The notes under the pieces were generated by a model. That model searched no databases, was not told where the DNA came from, and saw only the letters and a program-made list of their open reading frames with translations. This document shows, piece by piece, positions 1-9,900 of a DNA stretch of 64,000 nt. The DNA is taken from contig CAWIIQ010000003.1 of assembly GCA_963836185.1 (NCBI GenBank), positions 64,001 through 128,000 of the forward strand. The letters are read 5' to 3'. This stretch comes from Candidatus Krumholzibacteriia bacterium (GTDB taxonomy: Bacteria > Krumholzibacteriota > Krumholzibacteriia > Krumholzibacteriales > Krumholzibacteriaceae). Within the stretch, counting starts at the first letter, position 1; each line of letters begins with the position of its first letter. The translations under genes and the position numbers were made by a program.

Positions 1-278
1 TCCACGTGAAAGAAGGTGCCGGGTTGCATCCCGTTATCGACCCGGGTCCATCCCTGCCAGTCCATTATCTCGAAATCGTACCAGACGATGCAGTAGGTAT
101 CGACGGCTGCCGCTGCCTCAGTTGCCCGGGATTCATGCCCGGGAATATCAAGGGCTGCCTCCCTGTGGTCCGGCCGGTAGAAGCGGGGATGATCCTTCCT
201 GAGCTCCTTCGCTCCTGCTGTCGACTGGGCCGGAATGACGAGCGCTGCCGCGAGGACAACAAGCAGCATGTGTCTCAT
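1..278 (-). CDS. 5' part of a large secreted protein, paralog of the two adjacent FlgD-Ig domain proteins (truncated by window edge)
   Basis: Manual translation from ATG 278 after a GGGGAGGGG RBS: MRHMLLVVLAAALVIPAQSTAGAKELRKDHPRFYRP...AVDTYCIVWYDFEIMDWQGWTRVDN...TFFHV. Signal peptide and N-terminal motifs match the neighbours. Not in the ORF track. Confidence 0.85.
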   Translation of the reverse strand, partial: MRHMLLVVLAAALVIPAQSTAGAKELRKDHPRFYRPDHREAALDIPGHESRATEAAAAVDTYCIVWYDFEIMDWQGWTRVDNGMQPGTFFHV

Positions 279-312
279 CGAAAACCCCTCCCCGCGTAAA
301 TATACAGCTCTC

Positions 313-3300
313 TCATTTCAACAGCACCATCTTCAGGGTCCGCTCGTACTCGCCCGCTTCCATCCGGCAGAAGTAGATCCCGCTAGCGATGCCGCGGCCC
401 TCGTCGTTCGTGCCGTCCCAGACGGCTTCATACGAACCAGCCTCTCGTACCTCGTCGACGAGGACCCGGACCAGTCTGCCCGAGACGTCGTATACGCGCA
501 GCGAGACGGGCCCCTTCTCCTTCAGGGCAAACTTCAGCCTGGTGACGGGATTGAACGGGTTGGGGAAGTTCCGCGAGAGGGCAGTGGCCTTCGGCAGCTC
601 GGTGTCTACAAAATCCCAACTGACTTCCTGCTCAAACAGATCCATCACTTTTCTGACGAAAATATTTCTGACCAACCAGCCCAGCTGGACATCCCGGATA
701 TACTGGAAGCTGTGCCCCACCCAGAAGGTCCTGAGCGGGTAGCCGGCGCCGTTTAGATCTTCGGTCCAGATGCCGGCATAGTTAGTCGCGCCGCCGTAAT
801 CAGGATAAGCCAGCCCCCAATGGCCGTAGCCTGTCGGCCAGAGGACATCGAAATCGTTGACCCAGGGACATCCGCCGAATGCGTAATACGACAGGCCGGC
901 GAAGGGGGTTCCCGGTATCCCGGTCACTATCGGAGAGACCGTCCCCCCACCGTTGACTCCTCCGGTCTTCTCGAGGTAGCTGCTGCTCTCCAGCACGACA
1001 CCGCACATCGTGGCGGCCAGTTCGAGCGCGACAGCTGAGGCGGAGCCGTCGAGGTCGGAGGCGATGTTGTCCCCCATGATCAGCAGCCCGACCGGGTGAT
1101 CAGAAGCGTACATCCAGTCGACGAGAAGTTGAGCGTCATTGCTCTTGTCCGAGTGCTCCGTCCCCTCGCTGACCGTGCAGAAATCGAGGTCCCCAGAGTC
1201 GAAGATCACAATTTCGTATGCCTGGCAGAAGATCTGGTTGGGATAGTCCGCCGAAGTGTATGCGCCGACCCCGTTGCTCAGGCCCGATGACGGAGCGTTG
1301 ACATCATACCGGTCAGGCATGCACCCCAAGGGCATGCTTTGCCTGAACGTCCAGTCGAAATAGAGCTGCACGACTCCGTTGTGCGTTCCCCTCCCGTCAA
1401 AGTCATCGACGTACAACATGCCGGGAACGGCCCGGAGCGTGGGCAGGCAGGTGAACTCGAGAAGGTTGCTCGTGCCGAAGAATGCGCTCGGCGGCATCGA
1501 TTCCGCATTGGCCGGCCAGGTGCTGCTCTCCCCGCTCAGAGCGTAGGCCTTGAAATAATACTCGATCATGTATCCCCTGGTGAACAGGGAGTCGTTGAGG
1601 TCGATGCAATACGTGTTGTTCACTTCGTTGCCGTTCGAGTAGTACGCCTGCTCGCAGAGGAGGACCGTCCAGTCCCCGTCGTCGCTGATATATCTGCCAT
1701 AGTCTCCCTCAAGCTGTGCCCCGTACAGGTCGGGCTTGCCGTCCGGGCCGAGGAAGGTGGTATTGACATGGCAGAAGACCATCTCTTCTCCGCTGTCGAG
1801 GGTGTCGAGACCGCCGTCGCCCGCTACATAGACCTTTACCACTGCCGAATCCCCCGGAATTATCAGGTCGCGATCTCTGTATGAAGCGATATCGGTGGCC
1901 ATGTCTGCCCGGCAGAACTCCTCCATCGGGTCGGGGCTTCCCGGTACCTCCTGCGGGAAGGTATCCTGGAAGAGCTCCCCCCTGTCAACGCTCCAGACCG
2001 GGCCTCCTGTGCTGTACCTGTAGACACGCACATTGTCGTACCAGGGCGCCCGGGTGTGCACGGAGCAGTCCCCGTAGACCCCGTACCACAGGCTGCACAT
2101 GTCGATCACGCCCAGCGCCACCTGAAGAGGGGCGTCCGCAGAGGTCACCATATCGGAGATATTAATCGATTCCTGGTACCAGACCTTTAATGGTTCATCC
2201 GGGAATACATACCCGGGGGACTGCCATATCCCGGGGCAGCCATCCTCGATGTTTCTCACCCTGTACGTCCTGAAGACAAGATTCTCGCGAGGCAGGTCGA
2301 CATAGGCTGCATATCTGAGCAGCACGCCGTCGAGTGACGCGGCGTCACCTGGCGGAATAACGGCGTCCTGGATCTCGTCGCACGAGGTCGAGTACATCGC
2401 CATATCGATCACTGGCGATACGATCTCCTCGTTATGGCAGGGAGGCTCTATGCCTCCCGGGCCCGTGCAGTAAGGCGTGATGCATTCCTCGTCCACCCAG
2501 CCCATGCTCTTGTCGAAAAAGGCGACCGCCGTGCTGAAGTTGAGCCCGCAGGGGTCCTCGCTGATGAGATTGTTTCTCAGAGCGGCGTATGATCCAAACG
2601 CATCGGAGGGAACGCAGTCCCAGATACCGAGGCCGGTCGTGGCGCCGGCGGGGTAAGTCTCGAAATCCTCATAATCGATCATGCCGGCCACATCCCGCAC
2701 CGTGATGCTGTCTACGATGAATGCGCCGTCGGTATCCCACAGGCCGTCTTCGTCGGACCATACATTGTCCGAGATAAAGTGAAATCGAAGCTTGGTGGCG
2801 ACCTGCGCGGGATAGACAGTGTGCTCCACTACAAGTGTATCGACCTCCTGGTAATCGGCTATATAGACCCAGTTGCCGCCACCCGCGTCATACTCGACAT
2901 ATGTCCGGTCGAAATAAGGCTCCGAGTCGAAAAGACACTTGTATGACAGTGATACAAACCCGGTAAACCAGATCACGTCCGACTGGCAGCTCTGGTCCCA
3001 GTTGTTGCCGTAACCGGGAGCGTTGAGCCACGAGCACAGGTAGAAGTCATCGCCGGGACGTCGCGCCGCACCAGAGCGACTTCGTTCCCTCCAGGGCAAC
3101 GAGGCGGCCGTGACTCCCGCCGCCGAGGCCGGCGAAGTCATCGACGTGGAAGAATGTATCGACCTGGGCCGTCCTGTCGAGGCTCGTCCATCCCTGCCAG
3201 TTCATGGCCTCGAAGTCGAACCATACGATGCAGAATGTGTCGACAGCCACGGCGGGCGCAAGGCTCGTCATCGTCTCGTACCCGGGGATATCTATGCTCG

Positions 3301-3421
3301 TTTCCACGTAATTCGGCCGGTAGAAACGGGGGCGTATTCTGTCCGGTTCTTTCGCCTCAACGATCGAAAGAGCGGAACAGACGATGATTGCGGCGAGAAC
3401 AGCCAGCACTGCGCGTTTCAT
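313..3421 (-). CDS. Large secreted Cys/Asp-rich protein with C-terminal FlgD Ig-like/T9SS type A-like sorting domain (frameshift near 3060)
   Basis: ORF 3047..3421 gives the signal peptide and N-terminus (MKRAVLAVLAA...SLWCG). ORF 313..3141 continues from RPGDDFYLCSW and ends NFPNPFNPVTRLKF...YDVSGRLV...WDG...SGIYFCRM. Confidence 0.85.
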
Positions 3422-3455
3422 CGATCCCTCCTTTACCCTCTGACTCTATTTCTAT

Positions 3456-3486
3456 CCGGGCGGCGGTCCTTTACCGGTCCGCCCGG
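3456..3486. terminator. Intergenic stem-loop (CCGGGCGG...CCGCCCGG), possible terminator or mRNA stabiliser
   Basis: 8-bp inverted repeat between the tandem paralogs; no clear U-tract. Confidence 0.35.
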
Positions 3487-3498
3487 CTGAATCCTCAC

Positions 3499-6400
3499 TT
3501 ACCTCAACTGGACCATCTTCAGGGTCCGCTCGTAGCCGCCCGCCTCCATCCGGCAGAAGTAGATCCCGCTCGCCGTGATTCTGCCGCCATCGTTCGTGCC
3601 GTCCCAGACGGCCTCGTACGAACCGGCCTCTCGTACCTCGTCGACAAGCACGCGCACCAGTCTTCCCGAGACGTCGTAGACGCGCAGCGAGACGGGCCCC
3701 TTCTCCTTCAGGCTGAATTTGAGCCTGGTGACCGGGTTGAACGGGTTGGGGTATGCGCCGGCCAGGGCCGTGACGGCGGGAATCTCATCGCCTGTAATGT
3801 CGGAGCCGGGGGCCGGGCCCATAAGCCAGCTTCTCCACGCCCGGAGCAGGAACTCGTTTCTGGCTATCGTCCCGAGCCCTGTATCCCTGATCCGCATGAA
3901 GCTGAACCCGAACCATTCCGTCCGGGTATCGGCGCCCTGGAGATTGTCCCTCTGCGTGATTATCCCCGCATAGTACGGGTTCCCTCCAAAGTCGGGATAA
4001 CCGAGTGCCGGTATACCGATCCCTGCAGCTTCGAGAACATCGAGACAGGCCAGAGCGGGGCATCCGCTGTAGACATAGAACTCAATACCGTCGAACACCC
4101 CCCCCGAAAGGCCGCCGACAAGGGGAGAGACTACTCCTCCTCCCTCGTAGCCGCCTGTCATCTCCATATAACTCGGTTCGGCGAGCTCAGTCCCGCACAG
4201 GTCGCCCAGAAGATGGAGTCCATCGGAATACTGCGACACATCCGAAGCGGCGTTATCCCCGAATATCATCAATCCGCTCTGCGAAAAGACGGTCAGGTCG
4301 AGCCAGTCCGTGAGAAGCCCTATGTCGTCGCTCTTGTCGGTGCCGTGTTCACCCGGGATGATCGTACCGTCTTCGAGGTCCCCCGAGTCCCAGATCACCA
4401 CCGTGTAAGCCGCCAGAAGGTGCGCCATCCTGATCCGGCTGCCGAGGCTGTTGCCGACCATCGAGGAAGGCTGGTTCACATCGTACCTGTCCGGCATGCA
4501 GTAGTCTGCAGCGATGACATCCCTGAATGTCTGCTCCCAGTAGAGCTGCGCGGCGCCTTCGGGACTGCCCCTGCCGTCGAAATCGTCCACATACAGTACG
4601 CCCGGAACAGCCCTGAGCGTAGGCAGGCAGGTGAACTCGAAAAGATCGCGGCCCGACAGGCATGGTTCCGGAGGATGGCTCCCGGCGTCAGGCGGCAGTG
4701 TCGAGCTGACCCCGTCGAGGTCATACGCCTTGAAGTAGTATTCGACCAGGTAGCCGCGGGTGAAGAGGGAGTCGTTGAGGTCGACGCAGTATTTATCGGG
4801 CACGACACTTCCTGATGATCCGTACACCGCCTCGCAGAGCAGCACGGTCCAGTCGCCGTCGTCGCTGACATACCTTCCGTAATTGCCTTCGAGCTGCGGG
4901 CCGAAGATGTCGGATTTGCCGTCGGGGCCGAGGAAGTGGGCATTGCAGTGAAGATAGACCCTCGCCTCGCCCGTGCCGAGAGTGTCGAGCCCACCGGCGT
5001 TCGGGGCCGTGCATGATATGACGACCGAGTCGCCGGGGACGATTCCCGGGGATGAGAGCGGGCTTATATCGGATGCCATATCGGCGCGAACGAAGCTCTC
5101 GATCTCGTCGGTCGAGGGAAAGTTGTCCTGGAAGAGATCCGCCTTCTGGCAGCTCCACTGCGGGCCGACCACGGCGTAGCGGCTCACCTTGACATTGTCG
5201 AACCAGGGCGCCGGAGTATGGTCCTCGCAGTCGCCGTATATCCCGTACCAGACCGAGCACATGTCGACTACCCCGACGGCGACCTGGATAACGTCCGATG
5301 TGACGAAACTGCTGATATCGTGCTCGAACCTGTAATACAGGCCATCGTCTCCATGGTAGCGGACAAGCGGTTCCGAAAGCCACTGGCCGGGGCAGCTGCT
5401 GTCCGTGTCCATGTTCCTCACCTTCCAGGTATGGAAGACGAGATTCTCTACCGGATTATCGAGGTAGACCGAATAGCTCAGTGTGTAGCCGCTCATCCCG
5501 TCGAGCTCGCCGGGCGGGATCCCGGAATCCTGGGTCTCGTCGCAGTTGCTGCTGTAATACCGCAGATCGATCCAGTACGACGCGACCATCTCGTCCTGAC
5601 AGGGCTCGCTTAAGCCCCCGTAGCCTGTGCAGAAGGGTGTAGTATAAAGACCGGGCCGGGGGTAGTCGGGCTCAGGGTATGCTGAGCCGTGAAAGAAGAC
5701 AATCTGAGTCGCGAAATTGTCGTGGCACGGATCGAGGTCCACGAGGTTGTTGGCGAGACCGGAATACTGGCCGTAAGGGTCTCCCGGCCTGGCGTCCCAC
5801 CGTCCGTCAGGGACCGTGCCGGGTGCAAACGACTCGAAGTCCTCGTAATAGTAAAGACTCCCGTCATAGTTGATAGTTATGCTGTCGATGATAGCGGCGC
5901 CGTCGGTATCGGTCAGGCCGTCCGCGTCCGATACCACTCCATCAGACGTGAAACGGAAGTAGTAGTACGCTCCCCATTCTGTCGAATACGACTTTTCTAT
6001 AACGTGAGTGGCGACCGTGTCGACGACGCCGGAATAAGTCGCCCAGACCTCTTCATTCCCGCAGTACCAGCCTACCGTCACGATATCCTGTCCCGGCTCC
6101 GTGTCGCATACGAGGTGGTAGCTGAATTCCACAAGTGTATCTGGTGCCCAGATCACGAGCCACTGGTCCCAGTCGTTCCCGTAGCCCGTTGCCTCCGCAG
6201 GCCAGGAGCAGAGATAGGGGTCGCTGCCCGGCCTCGTGCCGAACCAGGCCGATCGAGTTCCCTCGATCGGGACGAGACGGCCGTGCGAACCTCCGCCGAG
6301 GCCGGCGAAATCCTCGACCGTGACGAAAGTGCCCACCTGCCGGTTGTTGTCGATCCTGGTCCAGCCCTGCCAGTTCATCGGCTCGAAATCAAAATTGACA

Positions 6401-6610
6401 ATACAGTATGTGTCGACAGCGGCGATGACGCTCGCGCGGGAATCATTGTAGATGTCTGGAAGGTCTTCCTGCACGGCCGGCTTATAGAACCTCGGCCTGG
6501 GAACCGGTCTTGTCTTTCCCATATGACGTTGAATCGGCCACGAGGATAAAAAGAGCCGCAAGCAGGACGCACCCTGCCGCGGCAGCGATTCGGATACCCG
6601 GATTTTTCAT
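3499..6610 (-). CDS. Large secreted Cys/Asp-rich protein with C-terminal FlgD Ig-like domain (frameshift near 6515)
   Basis: ATG 6610 after an AGGGGGAG RBS gives a signal peptide (MKNPGIRIAAAAGCVLLAALFILVADSTSYG), which joins ORF 3499..6561 (PRFYKP...YPNPFNPVTRLKF...KMVQLR). Colinear with the previous gene. Confidence 0.85.
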
Positions 6611-6887
6611 CTCTCCCCCTCAGAACAGCATCCCGGCAGTACGGTCACTCCCCCGAAGGCCGCGCCCGTGGCGCCGGTTTCAGATAGCGCTGGTCGGCAG
6701 GTATCGGGCGGAGCGGGTATCCCCGCCAGGCGACATGGCAGGTTCGAAGTCAGATGTCGGGGTCTGCAGAAGGGGCGCGTGGTTATCATCGGCACAGACA
6801 GGTATAAGAGAGCTGGATCGGTGGAGCCTCCCCTGCGCCGGCTCGCCCTGGCGGGGCACCGACACTAATTATCGAACCACCATCTTT

Positions 6888-6916
6888 TTTATATCATAAA
6901 TCCGTATATTTTTCAA
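6888..6916 (-). promoter_or_regulatory. Putative sigma70 promoter for the secreted-protein array
   Basis: TTGAAA (6916-6911), 17-nt spacer, TG-n-TATAAA (6893-6888), in an AT-rich patch. Confidence 0.5.
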
Positions 6917-7092
6917 TAGCTTTCATCGGCTTAAGGGAGAGTGTTTTAACAGGTTATTTCAATCAGTAATCATTTTCAGCCTCGCATTTCAGCCCCGATT
7001 CGGCTATACTCCCGTCTCACCTGCCTTTAACCTTGACATTGGCTCTCGTGGTGCCCTTTATTGATTGGACTAACCGCGAAGGAGGAATAGCC

Positions 7093-8301
7093 ATGACAAA
7101 GTCGGAATTGCAGAAAATGACGAAGAAGGACCTCCTCGCGCTCGCGAAGAAGAAGAGGATCAAGGTATCCGAATCTATGCTGAAGGCCGATATCGTCGCG
7201 ACGATATCCGGCAGGCTCTCCAAGGGCACGGGGAAAACCAGGACCAAAGCTAAATCGAAAACAGTAACAAAGCCCAAAGCGAAGGCAAAAATAAAACCCA
7301 GGGCAAAAGTAAAAGCTAAGGCGAAACCTAAGGCCAAGGCAAAACCCAAAGCCAGGGCAAAGGCAAAGACAAAGGCCAAGGCTAAAACAAAAGCCGCGAA
7401 GCACGCTCCGGCCCCTTCGAAGGGCTGGGACAACGGCCGCACGATCAGGCAGAAGGCCGTAGCCGGCAAGTACGAACTTACCGCCGGCCCGGTGATGATG
7501 CCGCCGGTCGAGTCGATGGAGATACCCGCCGACTATGGCGTGACACGCATCGTCGCGATGGCGAAGGACCCCGCCTGGCTCTTCACATACTGGGAGATCA
7601 CGGCCGAGCGGTTCGTGCAGCTCGAGAAGAAGTTCAAGGATGAATGGACGAAGTGCACGATGGCGCTGAGGATATACGACCGCGCCGCAGAGAGTTACTT
7701 CGACATGAACATCAGTTACGAGGCCCGCGCCTGGTACGTAGGCGTCGCCCCCGGCGGCCGTTACCAGATAGCGATCGGCGTCATCACGCCGGCAGGGAAA
7801 TTCGTCATGATCGCCGAGTCGGCGGTCGTCGAGACTCCCCGCGGCCGCGTCAGCGACCGTGTAGACGAGCAGTGGGTCATCCCCGCCGACGTATACGACC
7901 GGATATTCGCCGCATCGGGCGGGTACGAAGTCGTCGCGGGAGGCGGCTCTGCCGAAATGCGCAGGATGCTCGAGGCGAGGCTCGAGGAGCAGCTCTCCTC
8001 CGAGGGCGTATCGAGCTTCGGCAGCGGAGAGCTAATGCCCGAGCAGAAGGAGCGCGGCTTCAGGCTCCGTGTCGCTACCGAGCTGATACTTTACGGCGCC
8101 ACTGAACCTGACGCTAAGGTCACTATTCAGGGAAAGGCCGTCAAGCTGCGCAGCGACGGGACATTTACGGCGAGATTCGCCCTTCCCGACGGGAAGATCG
8201 ACATACCCGTCACCGCGGTCTCCGGCGACGGGATCGAGGAGCGCACGATAGATACAGACGTAAAGAAGAAATCAAACGAGAAAGCGCCGGTCATCCGATG
8301 A
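7093..8301 (+). CDS. DUF4912 domain protein with N-terminal Rho_N-like domain and Lys/Ala-rich histone-like repeats
   Basis: GGAGG RBS before ATG 7093. ELQKMTKKDLLALAKK is Rho_N-like; KAKAKPK repeats follow; then YGVTRIVAMAKDPAWLFTYWEI and ELILYGATEPDAKVTI...DGTF typical of DUF4912 proteins. Confidence 0.8.
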   Translation: MTKSELQKMTKKDLLALAKKKRIKVSESMLKADIVATISGRLSKGTGKTRTKAKSKTVTKPKAKAKIKPRAKVKAKAKPKAKAKPKARAKAKTKAKAKTKAAKHAPAPSKGWDNGRTIRQKAVAGKYELTAGPVMMPPVESMEIPADYGVTRIVAMAKDPAWLFTYWEITAERFVQLEKKFKDEWTKCTMALRIYDRAAESYFDMNISYEARAWYVGVAPGGRYQIAIGVITPAGKFVMIAESAVVETPRGRVSDRVDEQWVIPADVYDRIFAASGGYEVVAGGGSAEMRRMLEARLEEQLSSEGVSSFGSGELMPEQKERGFRLRVATELILYGATEPDAKVTIQGKAVKLRSDGTFTARFALPDGKIDIPVTAVSGDGIEERTIDTDVKKKSNEKAPVIR

Positions 8302-9888
8302 AGAAAGACTGTAAAGGGTACCTGGCACTGGTACTGCATGCCCATCTCCCCTACGTGAGGCATCCCGAGTATGAGGATTTCCTCGAGGAGGACTGGTTTT
8401 ACGAGGCGATCACGGAGACATACATCCCGCTCATCGAGATGTTCAACAGGTTCGAAGAGGAGGGCGTCGATTACCATATCACGATGTCGCTCACCCCTTC
8501 GCTCCTCTCGATGATGGCCGACCCGCTCCTTCAGTACCGCTACCTGCGGCACCTGAACAGGCTGATCGACCTCGCGGGCCACGAGATAGAGCGCACGAGA
8601 TGGATGCCCGAGTATCACGAGCTCGCCCTGATGTACCACTGGAAGTTCACCCGCGCGAGGCAGGTATTCCTCGAGAGGTACGACAGCAACCTGATCACCG
8701 CCTTCAAGCACCACCAGGATACCGGGAAGCTCGAGATCATCACCTGCGGCGCGACGCACGGGTTCATGCCGCTGATGCCGAACGACAAGGCGGCGCGTGC
8801 ACAGATCATGATCGCCGCGGACCATTACGAGAAGCATCTCGGGCGCAGGCCGCGGGGGATCTGGCTCGCCGAGTGCGGCTACCGGCCCGGCATCGACCAG
8901 CTGCTCAAAAGACGCCGGCATCAAGTACTTCTTCACCGACACCCACGGGATACTCTACGGCGATCCGCGGCCGAGGCACGGCGTGTTCGCGCCCGTCTAC
9001 TGCCCCGATACCGCGGTGGCCGCCTTCGGGCGCGACCGCGAGTCGTCGAAGCAGGTCTGGAGCGCCAAGGAAGGGTACCCCGGCGATTTCTACTATCGCG
9101 ACTTCTATCGCGATATCGGGTTCGACCTCGACTACGACTATATCAGGCCCTTCCTCCACTCCGACGGGAACAGGATCCACACGGGGATCAAGTACCACCG
9201 TATCACCGGCGCGGCAGAGGAGAAGGAGGTCTACAGGCCGTCGATCGCGAGGGAGAAAGCCGCGGACCACGCGGGGAACTTCATGTTCAACCGCGAGAAG
9301 CAGGTCGAGCACCTCGCAGGGCTCCTCGGCACGAAGCCGATCATCGTATCGCCTTACGACGCCGAGCTCTTCGGCCACTGGTGGTACGAGGGGCCGGACT
9401 GGATCGAGTTCCTCCTGCGCAAGATCCACTACGACCAGGATACTATCGACACGATCACACCGTCCGAGTATCTCGAGCGCCATCCGATGCAGCAGGTGGT
9501 CCAGCCGTCGATGTCTTCGTGGGGTTACAAGGGGTACAACGAGGTATGGCTCGAGGGTTCGAACGACTGGATCTACCCTCACCTGCACATAATGGCGGAC
9601 CGCATGGTCGAGCTCGCCGGCAGGTACGCCGACGCCGACGGACCGCTGCTCAGGGCGCTGAATCAGGCTGCACGCGAGCTTCTTCTTGCACAGAGCAGTG
9701 ACTGGGCGTTTATAATGAAGACCGGAACGATGGTCGAGTACGCACACAAGAGGACGAAGGACCATATCGGGCGCTTCGACCGTCTCTACAACGACATACT
9801 CGCATCGAGGATAAACGAGAAATGGCTCGGTGAGGTCGAAAACAGGGACAATATATTCCCCGACATCGACTACCGCGTCTATGCATGA
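8298..9888 (+). CDS. GH57 1,4-alpha-glucan branching enzyme (DUF1957), frameshift near 8910
   Basis: LVLHAHLPYVRHP, EAITETYIPL, GIWLAECGY in ORF 8298; PYDAELFGHWWYEG and RELLLAQSSDWAF in ORF 8983..9888. Confidence 0.9.
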
Positions 9889-9900
9889 CGGGGCGCGGCG

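Noticed and set aside
313-3755. Repeated C-terminal segments as a diversity-generating retroelement TR/VR pair
   Set aside because: Both copies lie within coding tails, the differences do not look adenine-specific, and no reverse transcriptase is present in the window.
7240-7400. Repetitive AAGGC/AAAGC-rich DNA resembling a tandem repeat or CRISPR array
   Set aside because: It encodes the Lys/Ala-rich tract of the DUF4912 protein; there is no constant repeat with unique spacers.
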